From Opitutales bacterium (GTDB lineage Bacteria; Verrucomicrobiota; Verrucomicrobiia; Opitutales; JABSRG01), in contig JABSRG010000011.1 of NCBI GenBank assembly GCA_013215165.1, positions 7,074 through 71,073 on the forward strand: a stretch of 64,000 nucleotides of DNA. The letters run 5' to 3'. The translations under genes were made by a program, and so were the position numbers. The notes beneath the pieces were generated by a model. The model was not told the origin of the DNA. It saw only the letters and a list, made by a program, of their open reading frames with translations, and ran no database searches. This document shows, piece after piece, positions 9,955 through 20,214 of this stretch. Every line of letters begins with the position of its first letter. The stretch's first letter is position 1.

Positions 9955-11769
9955 GTGCCCGCGCCAGAAGACCCAACAGACAATCCGACTAAACCTGCAG
10001 CACAGCTGCTTAAGATTCTCGGAGGGTTAGATTGGTTTCCTATTCGCAAGACCTTAGCGCGCTACAATGGGGAAAAGTTTAGTGGCGACATCCGTGCCGG
10101 TATTAATGTGGCCTTGCTCGCTTTCCCACAAGGTATGGCCTATGCGCTGATTGCTGGGCTTCCTATCCAATACGGCATTTATGGCTCCGCAATCGCGACT
10201 TTGATCGGCTGTCTGTTCGCAAAGTCTCACTTCATCACTTTGGGCCCAACAAATGCGACTTCGGTTCTGTTGGCCCTCACCTTTGGCGGACTGGCTCTGA
10301 CAGATGAAGAGAAGTTGGTCTATTTGCCGACGCTGGTCGCGATGGTAGGCATTGTCTTGGTCATTGGTGCTCTGTTGCGGGTCGCCAGCCTGATTCAATT
10401 TATTTCTAGGACTGTAGTCACTGGTTATATAACGGCAGCAGCGGCCTACATTATCGGAAACCAAATCCGAACGGCGCTTGGGTTCTCATTTGGACCGGAC
10501 CAGAAGCCAAAGTCGTTCATCGACGTGGTTCATTACACGGCAATAAATCTACCCAACACGCACATGCCGACCTTGGCACTCAGTGCGATCGCGTTTGTCC
10601 TCGTCTTTTTATTACGTCGCTATTTCCGAGCATTGTCGAATGTGGCAATTACTCTGGTAGTCATGTCATTGGTTGCCTTGGGTTTCAAGCAAGGTGGTCT
10701 GGAGTTAGTCTATTTGGAAGGTATTGATGCCTCGCAGTGGCCGGTAAGTTTTCCGAGTTTCAACTACGATATCGTGGTCGGAATGTTTTCCGCCGCGCTC
10801 ACTATTGCGCTGTTAGCCGTCCTAGAGGGCACTTCGATTGGCAAGAGCTTAGCGGCGAAAGCAGGTAGCCGTGTCGATACGAGCCAAGAGATGTTTTCTA
10901 TGGGTATGTCCAATATTGGCTGCTCGATTTTCTCGGGAATGCCGGCTTCGGGCTCACTGACACGATCGGTGTTGAATATTGAAAGCGGCGCGCGCACACC
11001 GCTGGGTGCCTGGTATAGCGGTGCAATTGTGGCGGTCGGAGCCTTTCTCTTGGGTCAATATATTGGCTATATTCCTCGTGCGGCCTTGGCTGTCGTCGTT
11101 GTTTTTATCGGGATCAGTCTAATTAATCTGGATCATATCAAAATGGTGATGAAGTCGCGTAAGGAGGATGCTATCGTGTTTCTCGTTACGGTGATTATCG
11201 GTTTGGTGATCAAGCTCGATCTAGCCATCTATCTAGGATCGGCTGTATCCATCGGCTTATTTCTACGACAGGTGGCACGACCTGAGTTCAGCGAGTATGC
11301 CTTCTCGGACTCGGGTGAGTTGAAGGAGCTGCGCGACGAGGGTCGCCCCATGCCAGAAATCTCGATCGTGCATGTTGAAGGGGATATCTTTTTCGGTGCC
11401 GCTGAGCTATTTCGTGATCAAATGCGCCGGATTTCTGAAGATCCGAATCTCAAAATCATTATCCTGAAAACGCGTAATGCTCGTAATCTCGACGCTTCGG
11501 CGATGATGGCTCTGCATGAGCTCATCACAGTCATGAACGAGGCCGGCCGTTACCTTGTCGTGTGTGAGGCGACCCAGGAGATAGCGCGCTTACTTCGAAA
11601 TTCTGGGGTGATCGATCTGTTGGAGGAGCGCAACCTGATCATGGATGATGTGGAAAATCCGACTTTGTCGGCGGCTATGGCACTCAAACGCGCTCAGGAA
11701 CAACTCGGCGAGTGGGCAAAAGATGCTAAAGTATCTGTGTACGTAGGCGAGAAGGAGTTTACGGTCTAA
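9955..11769 (+). CDS. SulP/SLC26 inorganic anion transporter with STAS domain
   Basis: PQGMAYALIAGLP..YGIY, GPT, SGSLTRS; C-terminal STAS GDIFFGAA. Confidence 0.92.
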   Translation: MPAPEDPTDNPTKPAAQLLKILGGLDWFPIRKTLARYNGEKFSGDIRAGINVALLAFPQGMAYALIAGLPIQYGIYGSAIATLIGCLFAKSHFITLGPTNATSVLLALTFGGLALTDEEKLVYLPTLVAMVGIVLVIGALLRVASLIQFISRTVVTGYITAAAAYIIGNQIRTALGFSFGPDQKPKSFIDVVHYTAINLPNTHMPTLALSAIAFVLVFLLRRYFRALSNVAITLVVMSLVALGFKQGGLELVYLEGIDASQWPVSFPSFNYDIVVGMFSAALTIALLAVLEGTSIGKSLAAKAGSRVDTSQEMFSMGMSNIGCSIFSGMPASGSLTRSVLNIESGARTPLGAWYSGAIVAVGAFLLGQYIGYIPRAALAVVVVFIGISLINLDHIKMVMKSRKEDAIVFLVTVIIGLVIKLDLAIYLGSAVSIGLFLRQVARPEFSEYAFSDSGELKELRDEGRPMPEISIVHVEGDIFFGAAELFRDQMRRISEDPNLKIIILKTRNARNLDASAMMALHELITVMNEAGRYLVVCEATQEIARLLRNSGVIDLLEERNLIMDDVENPTLSAAMALKRAQEQLGEWAKDAKVSVYVGEKEFTV

Positions 11770-11781
11770 GGTAGAATTCAA

Positions 11782-12642
11782 ATGCAGACCATCCTGGAGA
11801 TCCTGCAAAAGACGACGGCCTACTTTGAAGATAAGCAGGTGCCGAAGCCCAAGTTAGATGCCGAACATTTGATGGCTCAGGCATTGGGGTGTCGTCGGAT
11901 GGATCTTTACTTGCAATATGGTAAGCCCATGACAAAGGCGCAGTTGGATACCTTGCGTCCATGGGTGCGACGGCGTGGGCAACGTGAGCCGCTGCAATAT
12001 ATTCTGGGACATACGCCGTTCGTTGACGCCGATTTACTATGTAAGGCTGGCGCTTTGATTCCTCGTCCGGAGACTGAAGAGATGGTGGATAGGGCGACCC
12101 GAAAGTGGGCGACTCTATCGGATCGACCGCCCCAACGGATCGTTGACCTCGGTACAGGCACGGGGGCCATTGCAATCTCTTTGGCTCTCGCTTTTCCGGA
12201 AGCCCAGGTGGTTGGAGCTGATATTTCGCGCGAAGCGCTGGATTTGGCCAGGCAGAATGCCGAGCGCAACGGCGTTTCAGACCGTATGGAGTGGGTGCGG
12301 TCTAGCTGGTGGGATGAGCTCGAAGGTGAATTTGATCTGGTTCTTTCTAATCCGCCCTATCTCACCCAAAAGGAGGTCGATGCTACCGAGCCTGAAGTCG
12401 CTGAGTATGAACCCATCCAAGCGCTACTTGGCCGTGATATGGATGGTGCGGGTGACTTCCGAGAGATCATTTCTGGTGCGCTTGAACATGTTGGAATGGC
12501 CTCTCCGTTTCTCATCGGTTTGGAGACGGGGATAGCACAACACGACACGCTTACAGAATTCGCGCATAAGGCAGGTTGGTCTAGCGTTGAGTCTGAAAAA
12601 GACCTGGATCGACGTCCGCGCTATCTTTGGATTTCATCATAG
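11782..12642 (+). CDS. prmC: Release factor glutamine methyltransferase
   Basis: REPLQYILG, LIPRPETEE, DLGTGTGAIA, SNPPY. Confidence 0.95.
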   Translation: MQTILEILQKTTAYFEDKQVPKPKLDAEHLMAQALGCRRMDLYLQYGKPMTKAQLDTLRPWVRRRGQREPLQYILGHTPFVDADLLCKAGALIPRPETEEMVDRATRKWATLSDRPPQRIVDLGTGTGAIAISLALAFPEAQVVGADISREALDLARQNAERNGVSDRMEWVRSSWWDELEGEFDLVLSNPPYLTQKEVDATEPEVAEYEPIQALLGRDMDGAGDFREIISGALEHVGMASPFLIGLETGIAQHDTLTEFAHKAGWSSVESEKDLDRRPRYLWISS

Positions 12643-12700
12643 ACAAGATTTAGGTTGTCACGTTGCTGATACAATAGACCTTTGAGGGTTTCGGCTTATT

Positions 12701-13084
12701 GTGAAGTCTCCGATCCAACTCTTATCTTTCCTCACTTGCGATGGGTTGCACGTGGATCCACACACGGGCAAGCAGACGATTCTAGGTGTTTTTGCAAGTT
12801 TGCGGGCTCAGCGTTTCCCCCTCGTGGTGCCGCGCATGTTTTGGTATCTCAGCATCACTGATGTGCCCGTGGGAAAGCATCAGCTCAAGGTTTCAATTGG
12901 GTTACTTATCGAGGAACCGCGCGTGGTTATTAATCGGGAATTCGAATCCAAAAACCCCGCGCATCGCATCAACATGGTGAATGAGCTGCGCAAGCTTCAG
13001 TTCGATCGGCCGGGCGACTACACTATTTCAATTGATATCGACGATCAGGATCTTCTCGTCACGTCATTCAACGTTGGTAACTGA
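12701..13084 (+). CDS. Hypothetical beta-sandwich protein (DUF6941-like)
   Basis: LTCD..HVDP.TGK..ILGVF and F..PG.Y.I patterns; sits within the prmC-PfkB run. Confidence 0.6.
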   Translation: MKSPIQLLSFLTCDGLHVDPHTGKQTILGVFASLRAQRFPLVVPRMFWYLSITDVPVGKHQLKVSIGLLIEEPRVVINREFESKNPAHRINMVNELRKLQFDRPGDYTISIDIDDQDLLVTSFNVGN

Positions 13085-13095
13085 CATTTATTTCT

Positions 13096-14022
13096 ATGAC
13101 ATATACACCTGCATCTGACGTCCTCGTGGTGGGCTCTGTCGCCTACGACGCCATACAGACTCCTTTTGGGAAAGGAGACAGTCTTTTAGGCGGTTCTGCT
13201 TCTTATGCCTCGGTGGCGACTTCATTTTTTGCTACACCTCGTCTGGTGGGGATCGTGGGTAACGATTTTCGGGACGTGGATCTAGCTCGCTTTCGTGAGC
13301 GGGAAATTTGTCTCGAAGGTTTAGAGGTGGACAACTCGGGCGGCACCTTTTTCTGGGCGGGCCGCTATCACGAAAATTTTGAAGGGCGCGATACGTTGGA
13401 GACGCGTCTGAATGTATTCGATGGTTACAGTCCGGTGCTTCCGGATAGCTACAAGGAAGTGGACTATGTGCTTCTGGCAAATATTGGTCCGGATCTTCAA
13501 CTCCATGTGCTGTCGCAAATGGCGGCGGGGCACCGCCCATTCGTTGTAGCCGATACAATGAACCTGTGGATAGACATCATGCAGGCGAAACTGCTCGAGC
13601 TCTTACAGCATATCGACGTTCTAGTATTGAACGATGAAGAGGCGGAGCAGCTTACTGGAGAGTCCAATATTTTTAAGTCAGGCCCAGCGCTCCAAGCTAA
13701 GGGTCCAGCGACGGTGATTGTCAAAAAAGGCGCTCATGGGGCTGTTTTATTCTCAGGGGATGAGCGTTTTATTTTGCCAGCCTATCCTGTGACTGACTTG
13801 AGGGATCCAACGGGAGCCGGGGATACATTTGTCGGAGCATTTGTGGGCTATTTAGCTCAAAAGCGAGACACATCCTTCGATGCGATGAAGCGGGCCATGC
13901 TTTACGCCACGGTGACGGCTAGTTTTACTGTCGAAGCATTTTCGTTCGATCGATTGGAGGCCGAAGGCCTGGACGGGATCGAAGGGCGCGCCTCCGAGCT
14001 TCAGAAACTCGTGCGTCTGTGA
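13096..14022 (+). CDS. PfkB-family carbohydrate kinase
   Basis: VVGSVAYD, LGGSASY, LNDEEA, KKGAHG, DPTGAGDTF. Confidence 0.92.
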   Translation: MTYTPASDVLVVGSVAYDAIQTPFGKGDSLLGGSASYASVATSFFATPRLVGIVGNDFRDVDLARFREREICLEGLEVDNSGGTFFWAGRYHENFEGRDTLETRLNVFDGYSPVLPDSYKEVDYVLLANIGPDLQLHVLSQMAAGHRPFVVADTMNLWIDIMQAKLLELLQHIDVLVLNDEEAEQLTGESNIFKSGPALQAKGPATVIVKKGAHGAVLFSGDERFILPAYPVTDLRDPTGAGDTFVGAFVGYLAQKRDTSFDAMKRAMLYATVTASFTVEAFSFDRLEAEGLDGIEGRASELQKLVRL

Positions 14023-14038
14023 GGACTGTTGGAAGCTC

Positions 14039-14452
14039 TCAGCTCACCCGAAGGGCGGCGAAGGGCGCGCGCGTTTGGGTCACGTGTGTGGGATCCCGAT
14101 ACTCTCCGTAAAGTATTACCGAGTGGCCGGTGACATGGAAGCTGGGATCCATTTCGATCAGCTCAAAGTTGATCGCTGTCTTATCGATGAAAAATGCGCG
14201 GTCCGATTTTTCGCAAAGAAATACATAGTCCTTGACGTGTATCGGTAGGGTGTATCGCGCGGGTTGCCCGGGAAGCTCGATGGGGACGAGTTCTTGTTGG
14301 TCGACCATGGTCTTGATGTTTCTGTAGACCGTAGCGATGCCCAAATTTGGGACCTCCAGACTGGCTTCCATCAATACCTCCTTCGGTCCAAGCGGTCGGT
14401 CTATGCGCTCGAACACGCTACGGATGGCTTGTCTTTGACGTGTATCTCTCAT
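14039..14452 (-). CDS. Fur-family transcriptional regulator with degenerate metal-binding motifs
   Basis: TRQRQAI and LGIATVYRNI wHTH; the His-rich motif and CxxC pairs are not intact. Confidence 0.8.
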   Translation of the reverse strand: MRDTRQRQAIRSVFERIDRPLGPKEVLMEASLEVPNLGIATVYRNIKTMVDQQELVPIELPGQPARYTLPIHVKDYVFLCEKSDRAFFIDKTAINFELIEMDPSFHVTGHSVILYGEYRDPTHVTQTRAPFAALRVS

Positions 14453-14504
14453 GTACCTGTCTGGGTTGGGCGTGTGTGACTTGGGTTTGGTGGGAAAGTG
14501 ATAG

Positions 14505-15040
14505 CTGCCCGTTATGGGCAGGCTTGTGCATATCTATATGTCGGCGAGCTGAACATGACTTGAGTCGAATTCGAAAATATAGCGCCTGGCCTTAAATCCT
14601 ACCCTTGTCGTAATACCAATATGTGATTTTTGAGGCATATTGTGATCTATTAATTGTTCACAATTTGCCATTAAACCCGGATTATGCAATAGATCAAGGA
14701 AAGGTTCTCTACCTCTTTGAACCCTCCTATTGCATAGTTTTGCATCAATCGATGCAAGTATACTTCACGACGGGAATGGGTAGCCTATCCATTATTTTCT
14801 TAGCCGTCTTTGCACCGACGATGTTGGGCTTAGCCTGAAGATTTTGGCTGGGCATCCGATTATTCAACAGCGGGCACCACCTGTGCCCACGTGGTGCCCT
14901 TGTATCCCTACTATTTTAGCATCACGTGTTACTCTCTCGTCATGCTAAAATTTGATGCCCAGGTTGTAGATACCCGGGCTGTCTTATAATGTAAAAAAAC
15001 TTCTTAACCATTGAGTGGCTGTAAAAACAGAGTCAATGGA
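14505..15040 (+). ncRNA. Candidate large structured non-coding RNA; family not recognised
   Basis: At least nine 6-10 bp perfect inverted-repeat stems in a largely nested arrangement in a ~690-bp intergenic gap; strand inferred from G-U extensions. Confidence 0.55.
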
Positions 15041-15078
15041 TATATGAGTTTAAGTTATCAAATCTGAGAGTTGTACAC

Positions 15079-15103
15079 AAAAAAACCCTTTTCAAAGAAG
15101 GGC
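15079..15103 (-). terminator. Terminator of sdhCAB
   Basis: Minus strand GCCCTTCTTTGAAAAGGGTTTTTTT shortly after the sdhB stop. Confidence 0.65.
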
Positions 15104-15138
15104 CCTTTGAAATGAGTGTTATACCAGTGAGTTGTGAC

Positions 15139-15900
15139 TTATTGAGCTTTCTTAAAAAAGCTGCGAACGGACGCCACTGCATAATCGCGGTTCATCTTCG
15201 CAATCATATCCAGCTTAATTTCCTTCGGGCAGACAGCCTCACACTCACCGTAGTTGGTGCAATTACCAAACCCCGCGTCATCCATAGCATGAACCATGGA
15301 GAGCGTACGGCGATCTTTCTCAGCGGCGCCTTGTGGAAGTGAGTTAAGCTGGGAAACTTTAGCCGATGTGAACAACATCGCGGAAGCATTTTTACAAGCA
15401 GCCACGCATGCGCCACAGCCAATACACTGCGCAGCATCCATTGCCCAGTCAGCGATTTCTTTGGAGATCGGAAGTGCGTTTGCATCGGGTACAGCGCCCG
15501 TGTTTACGGAGATATAACCGCCAGCTTGAATCACCTTATCGAAGGCGGAACGATCGACTACAAGGTCGCGCACGACTGGGAAAGGTTTAGCACGCCAAGG
15601 TTCAACGGTGATTGTGTCCCCATCGCTAAACTCACGCATGTGCAACTGACACGTTGTCGTAGCGCGGCGTGGTCCGTGGGGAATACCATTAATTGTCAGC
15701 GAGCACATACCACAGATCCCTTCACGGCAATCGTGATCAAACGCGATGGGATCGCCTCCTTGCTCGAGGATCTGCTCGTTGAGGATGTCGAGCATTTCTA
15801 AGAATGAAGCGTCTTCGCTGATGTCGTCCAAGGTATAGTCGACCAATTTCCCATCCTCATTGGGGGTCGGCTGACGCCATACTTTGAGTGTCAATTTCAT
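15139..15900 (-). CDS. sdhB: Succinate dehydrogenase/fumarate reductase iron-sulfur subunit
   Basis: [32 protein letters not shown]. Confidence 0.96.
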   Translation of the reverse strand: MKLTLKVWRQPTPNEDGKLVDYTLDDISEDASFLEMLDILNEQILEQGGDPIAFDHDCREGICGMCSLTINGIPHGPRRATTTCQLHMREFSDGDTITVEPWRAKPFPVVRDLVVDRSAFDKVIQAGGYISVNTGAVPDANALPISKEIADWAMDAAQCIGCGACVAACKNASAMLFTSAKVSQLNSLPQGAAEKDRRTLSMVHAMDDAGFGNCTNYGECEAVCPKEIKLDMIAKMNRDYAVASVRSFFKKAQ

Positions 15901-15920
15901 GATATTGGGAGGGTTGGAAG

Positions 15921-17858
15921 TTACTTATACGAGCGCACGGCTAATTTCACGTTTTCGAAGATGAGCGCTTCCTCATGTTTTGCGGGATCGACGTCGTCGC
16001 CGAGATACTCCCACACCGATGCGTGACAGAAATTCTCATCATCACGCAATGCTTCACCTTCAGCCGTTTGATGCTCCTCGCGGAAATGGCCTCCACAGGA
16101 TTCCTCGCGGTCGAGGGCGTCACGGCAAAGCAGTTCACCAAACTCTAAGAGATCGGCGACGCGGTTGGCGCGCTCAAGCTCGACATTGAGTTCTTTGTCC
16201 TCACCGGGAACGAAGACATTTTCCCAAAATTCCTTGCGCAGTTCTTGGATGAGCCCGGTGGCCTTCTTGAGTCCGGCATCGTTGCGGGCCATACCGGCGT
16301 ATTCCCACATGATCATGCCGAGTTCTTTGTGGAAGGAACGCACCGTGCGCTTACCCTTGATGCCAAGTAGTTTCTGAGTGCGCGCTTTAACAGCTTCTTC
16401 GGCTTCTTTGAATTCCGGCATCTCCGGGTTGTTTGATCCAGCTTCAGAAAGTGGTATCCGCGCGAGGTAGTCTCCGAGTGTGTAAGGGATAACGAAGTAA
16501 CCATCTGCCAAACCCTGCATGAGTGCAGATGCACCCAATCGGTTGGCACCGTGATTTGAGAAGTTACACTCACCGAGCGCAAATAGGCCGGGGATGGTAG
16601 TCTGAAGATTATAGTCTACCCAAAGGCCACCCATTGTGTAGTGAAGCGCTGGATAAATACGCATGGGACGTTCATAGGCATTTTCCCCTGTAATACGCTC
16701 ATACATATCGAAGAGATTGCCGTAGCGCTCGGCAATTTTGTCGCGCCCAAGGCGATTGATTGCATCGGAAAAATCGAGGTATACGCCACGGCTTTCACCA
16801 CCCACCTTTGGACCTACGCCGCGGCCTTCGTCACAGACCTCCTTCGCAGAGCGGCTTGATATATCACGTGGCGCGAGATTACCGAATGATGGATACTTTC
16901 GCTCGAGGTAGTAATCTCGGTCTTCCTCGGGGATATCCTTAGGTTCCTTTTCGCAGTCTTCTGCCTTTTTGGGGACCCAGACGCGCCCATCATTCCGTAG
17001 TGATTCGGACATGAGCGTAAGTTTGGACTGCTGGTCACCATGGACAGGGATACAAGTTGGGTGGATTTGCGTGTAACATGGATTCGCAAACCCCGCTCCT
17101 TTCTTGTATGCACGGTAAGCGGCTGTAACATTACAACCGACAGCGTTGGTGGAGAGATAATAGACGTTTGAGTAGCCACCCGTGCATAAAAGCACTGCAT
17201 CGGCAGCCCAAGATTGTATCTCACCCGTTACCAGGTTGCGGGTTACGATCCCAATGGCCTTGTCGTCTTTTTTGACGAGCTCGACCATCTCGTGGCGGTT
17301 ATACATTTTTACCTGGCCTGAGGCTATTTGGCGGCTCAATGCACTGTAGGCCCCGAGTAGCAATTGTTGGCCAGTTTGGCCACGTGCGTAAAATGTCCGA
17401 GAGACCTGAGCACCCCCAAATGAGCGGTTGTCGAGCAGGCCTCCATACTCGCGAGCAAAGGGAACGCCTTGGCCGACACATTGGTCGATGATGTTGACGG
17501 AGACCTGGGCTAGGCGGTGCACATCAGATTCGCGGGCGCGGAAATCTCCTCCTTTTACAGTGTCGTAGAAGAGACGATGCACGCTATCGCCATCGTTTTG
17601 GTAATTCTTCGCTGCATTGATGCCTCCCTGAGCGGCGATGGAGTGAGCACGGCGGGGGCTGTCTTGATAGCAAAAGCAGCTTACGTTGTAACCCAGTTCT
17701 CCAAGTGTAGCTGCGGCTGAAGCGCCGGCCAGGCCTGAACCCACAACAATGACGCTATATTTTCGTTTGTTGGCTGGGTTGACCAGCTTGATGTTAAACT
17801 TGTGGCTGTCCCAGCGATTCTCGATAGGACCTTCGGGTGTTTTGGGATCAAGATTCAT
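15921..17858 (-). CDS. sdhA: Succinate dehydrogenase/fumarate reductase flavoprotein subunit
   Basis: [38 protein letters not shown]. Confidence 0.96.
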   Translation of the reverse strand: MNLDPKTPEGPIENRWDSHKFNIKLVNPANKRKYSVIVVGSGLAGASAAATLGELGYNVSCFCYQDSPRRAHSIAAQGGINAAKNYQNDGDSVHRLFYDTVKGGDFRARESDVHRLAQVSVNIIDQCVGQGVPFAREYGGLLDNRSFGGAQVSRTFYARGQTGQQLLLGAYSALSRQIASGQVKMYNRHEMVELVKKDDKAIGIVTRNLVTGEIQSWAADAVLLCTGGYSNVYYLSTNAVGCNVTAAYRAYKKGAGFANPCYTQIHPTCIPVHGDQQSKLTLMSESLRNDGRVWVPKKAEDCEKEPKDIPEEDRDYYLERKYPSFGNLAPRDISSRSAKEVCDEGRGVGPKVGGESRGVYLDFSDAINRLGRDKIAERYGNLFDMYERITGENAYERPMRIYPALHYTMGGLWVDYNLQTTIPGLFALGECNFSNHGANRLGASALMQGLADGYFVIPYTLGDYLARIPLSEAGSNNPEMPEFKEAEEAVKARTQKLLGIKGKRTVRSFHKELGMIMWEYAGMARNDAGLKKATGLIQELRKEFWENVFVPGEDKELNVELERANRVADLLEFGELLCRDALDREESCGGHFREEHQTAEGEALRDDENFCHASVWEYLGDDVDPAKHEEALIFENVKLAVRSYK

Positions 17859-17900
17859 GGTTCCTCTTTGTTGGCGTAAATTATTTTCTTGGGAGGGTGA

Positions 17901-18650
17901 TTAATTTGAGATCGAGAGACCCCCTATATTCACTGCCCCAGCCAGCACAGCAACCGGGATGGAGACAAATCCGACAAAGATGAAAATTGCGAATGCCCTC
18001 GATAAGAAATCCAATCGTTTTCGCCAAACTGCATTGCGAAAGCCGAGGGACTGAAACATCGAGCTGACGCCATGATTCAGGTGCAAGCTAAGCAAGGCCA
18101 TCGCGACGATGTAGATGGCTGAGATCCACCAGTATGAAAAACCGGCTACGAGCATGGTGTGGACGTCAAGGACGTCCTTATCTGCTTTGACCTCTCCTTT
18201 ATATTCTAGCGGGATCATCGCTTGATAGACGTCGCCATTGGCCATTTTTATGGCGTCATCATATTCGTGTCCGGGCACGACACGCACGGTGTAGTGAGCC
18301 AAGTGGAATACGATAAAGAGAAAGATAATCAGCCCTGACGCGGGCATGGTGCGCGAAGCATAGGTCGCTTGGACAGTAGATTCCGCCTTGTAGCGCTCTG
18401 GACGAGCTGCCCGGTTTTCGCGAGTGAGCGCAATGGCCATCACGACATGCACCACGATGATGGCTAGCAGTACTGCGCGAATTGCCCACAGCGCTGGACC
18501 GAGCTCTTTCAACTTCAGCGCGTATGCATTAATAAAGTAGGGATCTAAATATACCTGTAGATTACCAACGAGGTGTCCGAAGACAAAACCGACGAGAGCC
18601 AGGCCGGTGATCGCCATCAGGAATTTTTTTACTAGGGAAGGAATTCTCAT
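17901..18650 (-). CDS. sdhC: Succinate dehydrogenase cytochrome b558 subunit
   Basis: KKFLMAITGL..HLVGNL, five TM helices with His heme ligands; first gene of sdhCAB. Confidence 0.92.
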   Translation of the reverse strand: MRIPSLVKKFLMAITGLALVGFVFGHLVGNLQVYLDPYFINAYALKLKELGPALWAIRAVLLAIIVVHVVMAIALTRENRAARPERYKAESTVQATYASRTMPASGLIIFLFIVFHLAHYTVRVVPGHEYDDAIKMANGDVYQAMIPLEYKGEVKADKDVLDVHTMLVAGFSYWWISAIYIVAMALLSLHLNHGVSSMFQSLGFRNAVWRKRLDFLSRAFAIFIFVGFVSIPVAVLAGAVNIGGLSISN

Positions 18651-18842
18651 AGTGGAGCGTTGGTGTGTCGGGAGGGACTATCAATTTCTCGGTTAGACGT
18701 AAGGTCGCCAAGATGGAAGCAAATTCAAATAAGGTGGTAAAGGATGCTTATTCTATTAATCGCGACCTGCGCATTATAAGCGTTTATAATTGAGTTAAGT
18801 TGGCTTTCAGATGGCGCCTTTGGTTGCCGACCTTGGGAAGGT

Positions 18843-20015
18843 ATGATGCAGCACGACATTCATCTCGATCTGCGAGAAGCTGTAATCCTCGTTGTCGACG
18901 ACTCTCGGCTCGGTAACGAAATGTTGTCCCGTTCCTTGGAGCAGCACAATTGCCATGTGATCGCCGAAAGAGATCCAGAGGTAGCTTTCCTCAGGGCGGT
19001 AGAAGCGACGCCTGACCTTATTTTGATGGACTTCGAAACGTCGGTATCGCGCGGGATCGCATTTTGTGAAAAGCTCACGGAAAGTCCTGTGACTAAGGAC
19101 GTTCCAGTCATTTTTATTTCAGGAACGGCAACACGTGATGAATGGTTGCAAGGACTCGACGGAGGGGCTGTGGATATTATCTCAAAGCCATTCGACCTCA
19201 TCGAACTGGGTTTCCGTATCCGTAACCATATTGAGCTGCGGCGTGCTCGAGAAACGGTGCGAAAGGCGAACGCTCAACTCGAGGCCCTCAATAAGAGGAA
19301 GGATGAGTTTTTGGGTATCGCCGCCCACGACCTCCGGAATCCGTTGGGGGGTATCAATGGTTTTGCTGAGCTGATGCTGATGAACTCGGCACTTGATGAC
19401 GAAAAACGGAAAAAATATCTCAGCTACATCCTCGAGACGAGTCAGTATATGACGACGTTGCTCAATAATTTTCTCGATATTTCCAAAATCGAGCAAGAGG
19501 CCTTCGACATTAAAATAAAGCCTCTGAGTGTTGGCGAGATTGCCGAATCCGTCATCCGTCTCAACGAGACCCATGCCGTCAAAAAAGATCAAACGCTGCA
19601 CGTCGAGATCGACGCTGAGATCCCCGAGATCTCTTCTGATGGCAACATCTTGACCCAGATCTTCGCCAATTTCATTTCCAACGCTGTGAAATACTCTCCA
19701 TTGGGTGGCGATATACGTATCGTCTTGCGGGTCGATGGTGAGCATCTTCATTTTTCGGTGAAGGACTCGGGTCCTGGGATTCCAAAAGAGGGTCAGGAAA
19801 AACTCTTCAAAGATTATGCCCGTTTGGATACCGAGCCGACCGCAGGGGAAAAGGCCAATGGTTTGGGCCTCGCCATCGTGGGGAAGTTAGCAAAAAAAAT
19901 TCATGTGGCTGTTGGCTGCGAAAGTGAATTGGGGGCCGGAGCTCTCTTCTGGGCTCGCCTCCCTATGGAACACCGAATTCAAGGCTCCCATAGCCGTCCA
20001 CCGATAAATTCCTAG
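18843..20015 (+). CDS. Hybrid response regulator/sensor histidine kinase
   Basis: N-terminal REC (VVDD, DLILMD, SKPF), H-box AAHDLRNPL, N-box NAVKY, DSGPG, GLGL. Confidence 0.92.
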   Translation: MMQHDIHLDLREAVILVVDDSRLGNEMLSRSLEQHNCHVIAERDPEVAFLRAVEATPDLILMDFETSVSRGIAFCEKLTESPVTKDVPVIFISGTATRDEWLQGLDGGAVDIISKPFDLIELGFRIRNHIELRRARETVRKANAQLEALNKRKDEFLGIAAHDLRNPLGGINGFAELMLMNSALDDEKRKKYLSYILETSQYMTTLLNNFLDISKIEQEAFDIKIKPLSVGEIAESVIRLNETHAVKKDQTLHVEIDAEIPEISSDGNILTQIFANFISNAVKYSPLGGDIRIVLRVDGEHLHFSVKDSGPGIPKEGQEKLFKDYARLDTEPTAGEKANGLGLAIVGKLAKKIHVAVGCESELGAGALFWARLPMEHRIQGSHSRPPINS

Positions 20016-20214
20016 GGAATCCTGCGCTAATTCAATCGCGTGGGCAGTGAGACGCCTCAAAGCGTCCCCTTCTATCCGTAGAAAGCTCTGGAGTGCGGTG
20101 CTTCGCCACCGCTGGTCCAAGTTCTTGAAGTGGATCGACGAAAGAATATCAGATTTTCCCAAAGGAACTGCAGCATACGCGGCGTTTGGTTTAGACAAAC
20201 CCATTGCGCTTCTG

